Assembly (NCBI GenBank): GCA_963827755.1
Contig: CAWHCQ010000047.1
Coordinates: 1 to 10,245 of the forward strand
DNA length: 10,245 nucleotides
Reading direction: 5' to 3'
From: an uncultured Gammaproteobacteria bacterium
GTDB taxonomy: Bacteria > Pseudomonadota > Gammaproteobacteria > UBA9214
In this document: positions 1-7,301 of the stretch, in pieces
Numbering within the stretch: the stretch's first letter is position 1
Layout of the letters: every line of letters begins with the position of its first letter
The notes under the pieces: model-generated
Seen by the model: only the letters and a program-made list of their open reading frames with translations
What the model was told of the DNA's origin: nothing
Databases searched by the model: none
Program-made: the position numbers and the translations under genes

Positions 1-393
1 GTCTGCGCGAGAATCCGCTCGCCGAGCCAGGAGGCAGGGTTCGCGGGCAACGGGGCAGCCGGCACCACCACGCCCGGGAGGATAATCTCCGAGAGCAGGC
101 GGTTATCGGTATCGACGATCGCGAGGTAGGAAAATGCCGCACTTCTCCTTGATATTCTCGAGCACGGAGAGGACGCCCTGCGAGCCATCCCCTGGGACGA
201 CCTCGGTGAACGGCATCCGCGACAGCAGGCGCACCAGGCTGGCGCCCTGCTCGCGTATATGGACCTCTTCGGAACGCTGCTGGTTTATGAACAGCATGCT
301 GACGATCACGGTAATAACACCCAGCGAGGCCAGGATCATCAGCAGCCCGAGACGCTCCCTGTTCCAGGTATTTTTCAGGCTTGTTAAATTCAT
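1..393 (-). pseudogene. N-terminal part of a membrane-anchored protein, possibly a sensor histidine kinase, with an apparent single-base frameshift near 140-155; continues beyond the window edge
   Basis: ATG at 393 gives MNLTSLKNTWNRERLGLLMILASLGVITVIVSMLFINQQRSEEVHIREQGASLVRLLSRMP..., i.e. one TM helix followed by a sensor-like helix. This frame stops at 103. The adjacent frame reads open from about 146 to position 1 with coding-like GC-rich third positions (SAAFSYLAIVDTDNRLLSEIILPGVVVPAAPLPANPASWLGERILAQ). The kinase call is an inference because no catalytic domain is in the window. It may be a sequencing or assembly error rather than a true pseudogene. Confidence 0.6.
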
Positions 394-663
394 TGGCAGG
401 ACCGGTCCCAACCCATTAGTGTGGATTACACGATAATAACGACCGGATGTTGACAAGCTTGAGCAGGCGGGCACACGGCGGCCGGGGGGGCAATAAGCCG
501 TATTTGATGTTGATTCAATGGCTTGCAGGGATACCGCAGCGTGTGCGTCTGCCAAAAGCGTGGCTGCGCGGTTTTCAAGGACTGCGCTGCGGCGCTCATT
601 CGGGCAGCGGGCAAATTCGGGGGATTGCCGTGTTGTGCTCGCCATGACGGGATGCCACCTGGA

Positions 664-716
664 GATGGCAGGGGCTACGCTCGTGACGGCGGGGTGCTAC
701 GCTGTTGATGGCGGGA
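664..716. repeat. Imperfect ~21-22 bp tandem direct repeat (about 2.5 units) upstream of the GDCCVxC-copA operon
   Basis: Units are GATGGCAGGGG-CTACGCTCGT (664-684), GACGGCGGGGTGCTACGCTGTT (685-706) and GATGGCGGGA (707-716). GCTACGCT occurs exactly at 674-681 and 696-703. Confidence 0.5.
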
Positions 717-770
717 ATATGTATTTATCAGGGCATGACTGGACCACAATGTGAGAAAGAGGAGCCATCC

Positions 771-992
771 ATGCCGGACGTTGAACTGATATCGGAACTG
801 ACCTGCCCGCAATGCGGGCATCGGTCCAGCGAGACCATGCCCGTGGACAGGTGCCTGTACTACCACGAATGCAGGCACTGCGGCGCGCTGCTCAAACCCC
901 TGCCGGGGGACTGCTGCGTGTTCTGCTCCTACGGTACGCTACCCTGCCCGCCGATCCAGCAGGCGCGCGCCAAAGGAGACCAGCATGCGTGA
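771..992 (+). CDS. GDCCVxC domain-containing small Cys-rich protein (73 aa, Cys form)
   Basis: SD AGAGGAG at 758-764 precedes ATG 771, so the ORF-track start at 705 is probably too far upstream. Sequence LTCPQCGH...[41 protein letters not shown] fits the family signature; 9 Cys. The stop overlaps the copA start (ATGCGTGA). Confidence 0.9.
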   Translation: MPDVELISELTCPQCGHRSSETMPVDRCLYYHECRHCGALLKPLPGDCCVFCSYGTLPCPPIQQARAKGDQHA

Positions 993-3459
993 CGGAAATA
1001 AAACAGACGGTTCAGTGGACCAACAGGGCTGCTGTCACGCACAGGGTGAACCCACAGCAGCGCTGACTGACCCCGTGTGCGGCATGGCCGTCACCACGGC
1101 AAGCGAACACCACTATGCCTACCGGAACACCGATTACTATTTCTGCTGCGGCGGCTGCCAGGGGAAATTTGCCGCCGACCCCGAACATTACCTGAACCCG
1201 CCTGCCGAACCGGCCGCACCGCCAGCCGGCGCGTCCACCGACTATATCTGCCCCATGTGTCCGGAGGTCCGGCAGCAGGGTCCGGGTGCCTGCCCGTCTT
1301 GTGGCATGGCGCTGGAGCCCGAAGCCGTGCGCCCGCCGGAAACGCGCACCGAGTACACCTGCCCGATGCATCCCGAGGTCGTGCAGGATGAACCGGGCAG
1401 CTGCCCGAAGTGCGGCATGGCGCTGGAGCCGCGCACGGTCAGCGTCGAGGAAAAAAACGAGGAACTCATCGATATGAGCCGGCGCTTGCGGGTCTGCACG
1501 CTGCTTGCGCTGCCGGTATTCGTGCTGGCCATGATTGCCGACATGCAGCCCGGCCTGCTGCCCGCCGGTCTGACCATGGTGCGGGTCCAGTGGATCGAGT
1601 TCTTGCTGGCGACCCCGGTCGTGCTCTGGGGTGGCTGGCCATTCCTGGTACGCGGCTGGCAATCCGTACTCAGCTGGAACCTCAACATGTTCACCCTGAT
1701 CGGGCTGGGTGTCAGCGTCGCCTGGAGCTACAGCGTCGTCGCCCTGCTGGCACCCGCCGTCTTCCCGCCCGTCATGCAGCATGCCGACGGCACGGTTGCC
1801 GTCTATTTCGAGGCGGCGGCCGTCATCGTCGCCCTGGTGCTGCTCGGCCAGGTGCTGGAGTTGCGTGCCCGCGGGCAGACCAACGCCGCCATCAGGCTGT
1901 TAATGGGGCTCGCCCCCGCCAGCGCACGCATCGTTCATGAGGATGGCAGTGAAACCGATATTCCGCTGCAACAGGTGCAGCCCGGTGATGTGATCCGCGT
2001 ACGCCCCGGCGAAAAAATCCCGGTGGACGGCGTGGTCACCGACGGCAACAGCGCGGTGGATGAATCCATGGTCAGCGGTGAAGCCATCTCCGTTGAAAAA
2101 TCCACGGGTGACGCCGTCATCGGGGCCACCGTCAACGGTACGGGCAGCCTCTTGATGCGCGCCGAGAAAGTCGGCAGTGACACCCTGCTTGCGCAAATCG
2201 TACAGATGGTCAGTGAAGCACAGCGCTCGCGCGCCCCGATACAACGACTGGCGGATGTCGTTGCCGGCTGGTTTGTGCCGGCCGTGGTCGCGGTTGCGGT
2301 CAGCGCCTTTGCCGTGTGGGGCCTGTGGGGCCCCGAGCCACGGCTGGCCCACGCCGTGGTCAATGCCGTGGCCGTGCTCATCATCGCCTGTCCGTGCGCA
2401 CTGGGCCTGGCCACGCCGATGTCCATCATGGTCGGCACCGGCAGGGGCGCAACCCTGGGGGTACTCATCAAAAACGCGGAAGCGCTCGAAATCATGGAGA
2501 AGGTCGACACCCTGGTGGTCGACAAGACCGGTACACTGACCGAAGGAAAACCCGTGCTGGTCAGCGTACAAACCACCGCGGACTTTACAGAAGCAGACGT
2601 CCTGCAGCTGGCCGCCAGCCTGGAACGCGCCAGTGAACATCCACTCGCCGAGGCAATAGTAAAAGGCGCACAAGCCAGGGGTATCAGCCTGCAGCAAACG
2701 GATGCATTTGCAGCGCTAACCGGCAAGGGCGTTAGCGGAAAGGTTGACGGGCGGCCGGTGGCACTTGGCAACAGAAAGATGCTCGAAGATCTCGGCATCG
2801 ATCCTGACACCCTTGCACAACAGGCCGAAACAGGACGCGCGGCAGGGCAGACCGTCATGTTCGTTGCAATTGACGGCAAGCCCGCCGGGCTGATCGGTGT
2901 GGCGGATCCGGTCAAGGCCTCTGCAAGCGAGGCCATTCTCAAGCTGCACGCGGAAGGCATCGAGGTCGTCATGCTGACCGGCGATAACCGCACAACGGCC
3001 ATGGCCGTTGCCGAACAACTCGGCATCGACCGCGTCGAGGCCGAGGTCCTGCCGCAGCAGAAGGCGGATATCGTCAGGCAGTTACAGGCCGGGGGCCGCA
3101 CCGTCGCCATGGCCGGCGATGGCATCAACGACGCGCCGGCACTGGCACAGGCACATGTCGGCATTGCGATGGGCAGCGGTACCGATGTCGCCATGGAAAG
3201 TGCGGCCATTACCCTGGTGAAAGGCGACCTGCGCGGCATTGTGCGGGCGCGGCACCTGAGCCGTGCAGTCATGCGCAATATCCGGCAGAACCTGTTTTTC
3301 GCGTTTATCTACAACTCGCTGGGCGTGCCGATCGCGGCAGGTGTGCTGTATCCGCTGTTCGGGATATTGCTATCGCCGATGATCGCGGCCGTGGCAATGA
3401 GCTTCAGCTCGGTGTCGGTGATCAGCAATTCCCTGAGATTGCGGCACACGGACCTCTAG
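985..3459 (+). CDS. copA: Heavy-metal translocating P1B-1 ATPase (Cu+/Ag+), CopA/SilP-like, with an N-terminal YHS domain and two heavy-metal-binding (HMBD) repeats
   Basis: SD AAGGAG upstream. YHS DPVCGM...YYFCCGGC at 1069; YICPMC/YTCPMH...CPxCGMALEP twice; CPC at 2389; DKTGT at 2521; SEHPL; MLTGD; [10 protein letters not shown]; C-terminal YN and MSFSS, typical of P1B-1. Confidence 0.95.
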   Translation: MRDGNKTDGSVDQQGCCHAQGEPTAALTDPVCGMAVTTASEHHYAYRNTDYYFCCGGCQGKFAADPEHYLNPPAEPAAPPAGASTDYICPMCPEVRQQGPGACPSCGMALEPEAVRPPETRTEYTCPMHPEVVQDEPGSCPKCGMALEPRTVSVEEKNEELIDMSRRLRVCTLLALPVFVLAMIADMQPGLLPAGLTMVRVQWIEFLLATPVVLWGGWPFLVRGWQSVLSWNLNMFTLIGLGVSVAWSYSVVALLAPAVFPPVMQHADGTVAVYFEAAAVIVALVLLGQVLELRARGQTNAAIRLLMGLAPASARIVHEDGSETDIPLQQVQPGDVIRVRPGEKIPVDGVVTDGNSAVDESMVSGEAISVEKSTGDAVIGATVNGTGSLLMRAEKVGSDTLLAQIVQMVSEAQRSRAPIQRLADVVAGWFVPAVVAVAVSAFAVWGLWGPEPRLAHAVVNAVAVLIIACPCALGLATPMSIMVGTGRGATLGVLIKNAEALEIMEKVDTLVVDKTGTLTEGKPVLVSVQTTADFTEADVLQLAASLERASEHPLAEAIVKGAQARGISLQQTDAFAALTGKGVSGKVDGRPVALGNRKMLEDLGIDPDTLAQQAETGRAAGQTVMFVAIDGKPAGLIGVADPVKASASEAILKLHAEGIEVVMLTGDNRTTAMAVAEQLGIDRVEAEVLPQQKADIVRQLQAGGRTVAMAGDGINDAPALAQAHVGIAMGSGTDVAMESAAITLVKGDLRGIVRARHLSRAVMRNIRQNLFFAFIYNSLGVPIAAGVLYPLFGILLSPMIAAVAMSFSSVSVISNSLRLRHTDL
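1243..1431 (+). repeat. Intragenic duplication of a 26-codon HMBD module (1243-1320 and 1354-1431)
   Basis: [26 protein letters not shown] versus [26 protein letters not shown]; GGCATGGCGCTGGAGCC is shared at DNA level. Confidence 0.9.
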
Positions 3460-3498
3460 CGGCCATGACAGCGGCTTGCTTGCCACGGTTATGCAGGA

Positions 3499-3852
3499 TC
3501 AATGGCCGTGATGGACCTGCTTGCGCATCAGCAGCAGGCCGATAACGAGAACAACGATGCCGGTGACCAGGATCCAGGGCCTGATGTCATCGAGATATGG
3601 CCCCCTGATCAGCGGATGATCGGCAGGTATAGAGCCGATCAGGAGTATCGTGATTCCTGATAACACAAGACTGTCAGCCATCGATCGCCCGGCAACCATG
3701 ATGTAGGCCAGCGTCTGCAGCAGCAGGGCACCGATAATCGCGACGTTTGCTTCCGGATACAGGAAGAAGCAGGCGATGGCCAGAACAGATATCATGTAGG
3801 CGTATTTTCGCAAACCCGCTATCATCAGGAATCTCGTGTCATGCCGGTTCAT
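3499..3852 (-). CDS. Hypothetical small integral membrane protein (about 4 TM segments)
   Basis: The 117-aa ORF fills the gap between copA and DUF1538 and has four hydrophobic stretches and a basic C-terminus (MRKQVHHGH). No clear SD; start uncertain. Confidence 0.6.
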   Translation of the reverse strand: MNRHDTRFLMIAGLRKYAYMISVLAIACFFLYPEANVAIIGALLLQTLAYIMVAGRSMADSLVLSGITILLIGSIPADHPLIRGPYLDDIRPWILVTGIVVLVIGLLLMRKQVHHGH

Positions 3853-3954
3853 GCATGCCGGGGAAACAGGCAGCGGCGATCACGGCGTTTGTGTTGATCG
3901 AATAAAAAAGCAGGATAACGCAAAGACACCATTTGCAACAGGGGAACTGCAGAG

Positions 3955-4686
3955 TTGGAACAGCTACGCCACTTCATAGATTCCATTCTGTCCAGTGTGC
4001 GCGACCTGCTGCCAATCATCCTGGTCGTGACCTTCTTCCAGCTGGTGGTCATACAGCAGCCGTTCCCCGACCTCGCGCGCGTAATAGGCGGCTGTTTGCT
4101 GGTGGTGCTCGGCCTGGCGTTTTTCATCCGCGGCCTTGAACAGGCCCTGTTCCCGATCGGTGAATCCATAGCCTATGCGTTCGCTCGCAAGGCAAACCTC
4201 TACTGGCTGCTGCTGTTTTCCTTTGCACTCGGTTTCGGTACGACGATCGCGGAACCGGCATTGACCGCGGTGGCCAGCGAGGCCGCGCGGATTGCCGCGG
4301 CCGGCGGCGTCATCGCGGACAATACCGAGGCCCGCGACAGCTATGCGCTGGGCCTGCGGATCACAGTGGCACTGTCCGTCGGCATCGCCATCGTCGCCGG
4401 CGTGTATCGCATTGTCAGGGGCTGGCCGATCCAGTACCTGATTATCGGTGGCTACATCGGCGTGATGGTCATGACGGCCTTCGCGCCGCCTGAAATCATC
4501 GGCATTGCCTATGATTCCGGCGGCGTCACCACCTCCACCGTCACCGTGCCGCTGGTCACGGCACTCGGTGTCGGACTTGCCGAAAGTATCAAGGGGCGCA
4601 ACCCGATGGTCGACGGCTTCGGCCTGATCGCATTCGCCTCGCTGACACCGATGATCTTCGTCATGGCATACGGCATGATTATATAA
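3955..4686 (+). CDS. DUF1538 family integral membrane protein, subunit 1
   Basis: TTG start with SD AGGGGA (3940-3945); polytopic; motifs [47 protein letters not shown]. Confidence 0.9.
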   Translation: MEQLRHFIDSILSSVRDLLPIILVVTFFQLVVIQQPFPDLARVIGGCLLVVLGLAFFIRGLEQALFPIGESIAYAFARKANLYWLLLFSFALGFGTTIAEPALTAVASEAARIAAAGGVIADNTEARDSYALGLRITVALSVGIAIVAGVYRIVRGWPIQYLIIGGYIGVMVMTAFAPPEIIGIAYDSGGVTTSTVTVPLVTALGVGLAESIKGRNPMVDGFGLIAFASLTPMIFVMAYGMII

Positions 4687-5492
4687 TGGAACTGCTTGCA
4701 CACCTGTTACGCACGGGGCTGTCGACGGTACTGGACGTCGTGCCGATCGTTGTCATCATCTTCGGATTCCAGCTGCTGGTGCTGCGCCAGACTATCCCGA
4801 ACCTGAAGAGAGTACTGATCGGCTTTATCTACGTGCTGATTGGCCTGACACTTTTTCTCGTCGGCCTGGAAGAGGCGCTGTTCCCGATCGGCAAGCATAT
4901 GGCGCAACAGCTCACGGACCCGGCGTTCATCAGCGGCACGGTCGGCACACCCGCCGAGTCGCTGCACTGGAGCGACTACACCTGGGTTTACCTGTTTGCC
5001 GCGGCCATCGGTTTTTCCACGACCATTGCTGAGCCCGCGCTGATCGCGGTGGCCATCAAGGCCAACCAGGTTTCCACCGGCGCCATCGACGTGTGGGGCC
5101 TGCGCGTCGCCGTTGCCATCGGCGCTGCCACAGGTGTTGCACTTGGTGCCTTCCGTATTATCAGCGGAACCCCCCTGCACTATTACATCATTGCCGGCTA
5201 TATCATCGTCGTCATACAAACACTGTTTGCACCGCGCATGATCATCGCGCTGGCCTACGACTCGGGTGGTGTCACCACGTCCACCGTGACGGTGCCGCTG
5301 GTTGCCGCACTCGGCATCGGCCTGGCCAGCACCATCCCGGGCCGCAGCCCGCTGCTCGACGGTTTTGGCATGATCGCCTTCACCTGCCTGTTCCCGATCA
5401 TTACCGTCATCGGCTATGCGCAACTTGGTGCATGGTGGAACAAGCGGCAACAGCGCCTGCAGTCGCAGGACAGCAATGACAGTGATTATTAA
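4686..5492 (+). CDS. DUF1538 family integral membrane protein, subunit 2 (paralog)
   Basis: TAATG stop/start overlap with the previous gene; same motifs ([41 protein letters not shown]). Confidence 0.9.
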   Translation: MELLAHLLRTGLSTVLDVVPIVVIIFGFQLLVLRQTIPNLKRVLIGFIYVLIGLTLFLVGLEEALFPIGKHMAQQLTDPAFISGTVGTPAESLHWSDYTWVYLFAAAIGFSTTIAEPALIAVAIKANQVSTGAIDVWGLRVAVAIGAATGVALGAFRIISGTPLHYYIIAGYIIVVIQTLFAPRMIIALAYDSGGVTTSTVTVPLVAALGIGLASTIPGRSPLLDGFGMIAFTCLFPIITVIGYAQLGAWWNKRQQRLQSQDSNDSDY

Positions 5493-5521
5493 GTGAATTT
5501 ATATGAGAGAGGTAAACAGCC

Positions 5522-5872
5522 ATGCAATTTAAATTAATCATTGCCCTGGTCAGGGATGAAAAGACCGACAAGATCATGAACACTGCCCGCGAGGCCGGCG
5601 CAACCGGCGCAAGCGTGCTGAACCAGGTCCGTGGTGAAGGGATTGAGGCGGAAAAAACATTTTTCGGACTGAACCTTGAAACCCAGCGCGACATGCTGAT
5701 GTTCCTCGTCGAGGAGCACCTGTGCAGGGATATCCTCGAAGCCATTTCCCGGATAGGTGAATTCGACACCAACCCCGGGTCCGGTATCGCCTTCCAGATC
5801 AATGTCGAGGATGCTGTAGGGGTAGCCCATCAGATCAACAAGCTGAGTCCTATCGTGGAGGAAAAAATATGA
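5522..5872 (+). CDS. P-II family (non-canonical, P-II-like) signal transduction protein
   Basis: SD GAGAGG at 5507-5512. MQFKLIIALV...AGATGASV..VRGEG...PGSGIAFQINVEDAVG follows the P-II pattern but is clearly divergent from GlnB/GlnK. Confidence 0.88.
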   Translation: MQFKLIIALVRDEKTDKIMNTAREAGATGASVLNQVRGEGIEAEKTFFGLNLETQRDMLMFLVEEHLCRDILEAISRIGEFDTNPGSGIAFQINVEDAVGVAHQINKLSPIVEEKI

Positions 5873-6273
5873 CCGCTAAAAATATCGTCCACGTCCGCGA
5901 TGTCATGACTGACAACTACCAGCTTGTCGACGGTATGCTCATGGTAGACGAGGCCCTGGGCATAATGAAAAAGTACGGCAGGCGTGTCCTGATCGTCGAC
6001 AAACGCCATGAACACGATGAATATGGCATCGTGCTACTGAGCGATATTGCACATAAAGTACTGGCAGTCGACCGCGCTGCAAACCGCGTCAACATCTATG
6101 AAGTCATGACCAAGCCGGTCGTTAGTGTCGATCCTGATATGGATATCCGCTACTGCGCGCGCCTGTTTAGCAATTTCAGTTTTTCCTATGCGCCGGTTAT
6201 CGACAACGGAAAAATCAAGGGTATCGTCGGTTTTGCGGAGCTGCTGTTAAACGACCTCTACCAGGAAGTCTAG
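5869..6273 (+). CDS. Stand-alone CBS-pair (Bateman module) protein
   Basis: ATGA overlap with the P-II gene; VRDVMT...EYGIVLLSDI...IYEVMTKPVVSVDPDMDI...APVIDNGKIKGIV gives two CBS repeats. Confidence 0.9.
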   Translation: MTAKNIVHVRDVMTDNYQLVDGMLMVDEALGIMKKYGRRVLIVDKRHEHDEYGIVLLSDIAHKVLAVDRAANRVNIYEVMTKPVVSVDPDMDIRYCARLFSNFSFSYAPVIDNGKIKGIVGFAELLLNDLYQEV

Positions 6274-6304
6274 TGCAGCAGGCTGACAACCTGGTTGACG
6301 GTTT

Positions 6305-6336
6305 TCTTCAGCGCCCGGGAACCAGGGGCGTGAAGA
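6305..6336. terminator. Hairpin between the convergent CBS and EEP genes (possible terminator or stabiliser)
   Basis: TCTTCA-g-CGCCC (6305-6316) pairs with GGGCG-TGAAGA (6326-6336). There is no good U-tract on either strand. Confidence 0.35.
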
Positions 6337-6348
6337 TCTGTACAGTGA

Positions 6349-7260
6349 TCAACTACCCAGCACTATCGAGTCCGGCAGGGTAATTTGCATCTCGACCGGC
6401 AAATGATCGGAGAGGGAAAAGTTCAGCGCCTTGACGTGGTCGACCTGGAGTGTCGGCGTGACCAGGATATGGTCGATATTCTGCTGCGGTCGCCAGCTGG
6501 GAAAGGTGTGCATATCATGGGCCGGTTCGCGCATCAGGGTACGGTTGATCAGGTAATCCATTTCCTTGCTGTCAGAGCCGCAATTCAGATCGCCCATCAG
6601 GACAACGTGGCGGTATTCATTGACGATCTCGCTGATGTAGTCGAACTGCACCATGCGCACACGACGACTCAATGCCATGTGCACGATAAGCACCACCAGC
6701 GAATCTTTCTTTGAGCCATAGCGGATGAACAAGGCACCGCGCCCCGGAATCCGGCCCGGCAGGCGATGTTCAACAATCTCGGTCGGGCTAAAACGACTCA
6801 GGACACCGCTACTGTGAGAGGCAAAACGCCCGATACGGCGGTTGGTCTGGTCATACCAGAAGGGCAAATCAGACTTCTCGCTGAGGTACTGCGTCAGGTT
6901 TACATAGCCACTGCGCAGGCTGCCCGCATCAAGCTCCTGCAAACCAACGACATCATAGCTCTTTACAAGGTGTGCGATACGGTCAAGATTGCTGAAGCGT
7001 TGTGCATGGGGCAGTACGTGTTTCCAGCTGCGCGTGATGTAGTGACGATACCGCGCTGTCCTGATACCCGCCTGGATATTGTAACTGAGCAGGCGGATAC
7101 GTTGACCCCTGTTGAAATCCACACCATCCGGGGTCCGGGGCCCTGAAAACTGCTGCGCAGAAGATGATGAACCGGCCATGATAACTACTTCTGATCCCTT
7201 ATTCTGTTTGACTCTGTCGTGCCGACCAGCGAGACGCTGAACAATTGTCGACCCTTTCAT
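6349..7260 (-). CDS. Endonuclease/exonuclease/phosphatase (EEP) family metal-dependent hydrolase; the true start may be ATG 7179
   Basis: Motifs LLSYNIQ, DVVGLQE, H, MGDLN, TFPSW, IDHIL, SDHLPV. Lies directly downstream of dsbA, as in Pseudomonas-type loci. Confidence 0.9.
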   Translation of the reverse strand: MKGSTIVQRLAGRHDRVKQNKGSEVVIMAGSSSSAQQFSGPRTPDGVDFNRGQRIRLLSYNIQAGIRTARYRHYITRSWKHVLPHAQRFSNLDRIAHLVKSYDVVGLQELDAGSLRSGYVNLTQYLSEKSDLPFWYDQTNRRIGRFASHSSGVLSRFSPTEIVEHRLPGRIPGRGALFIRYGSKKDSLVVLIVHMALSRRVRMVQFDYISEIVNEYRHVVLMGDLNCGSDSKEMDYLINRTLMREPAHDMHTFPSWRPQQNIDHILVTPTLQVDHVKALNFSLSDHLPVEMQITLPDSIVLGS

Positions 7261-7301
7261 GCATAGTCGGCAAATCCCTGTATACCTTCAGTCAACGGAA
7301 T

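Noticed and set aside
504-518. FNR-like TTGAT...TCAA
   Set aside because: Spacing and right half-site do not fit TTGAT-N4-ATCAA.
394-645. N-terminal extension of the 103..645 ORF
   Set aside because: Not protein-like and spans an AT-richer, promoter-like region; ATG 393 directly precedes the TM segment.
666-681. Sigma54-like GG-N10-GC (TGGCAGGGGCTACGCT)
   Set aside because: Lacks the TTGC -12 element; such matches are common at this GC content.
990-1001. Selenocysteine readthrough of the GDCCVxC TGA stop
   Set aside because: The TGA lies after the complete domain, overlaps the copA start, and is followed by TAA two codons later.
1935-3278. 447-aa antisense ORF, plus other long ORFs overlapping copA (1012-1782, 1900-2697)
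   Set aside because: Shadow ORFs caused by GC-rich codon bias of the ATPase on the opposite strand; no motifs and biased composition.
3964-5450. Two ~245-aa minus-strand ORFs opposite the DUF1538 genes
   Set aside because: Antisense shadows, rich in D/H/R as expected from the reverse complement of hydrophobic codons.
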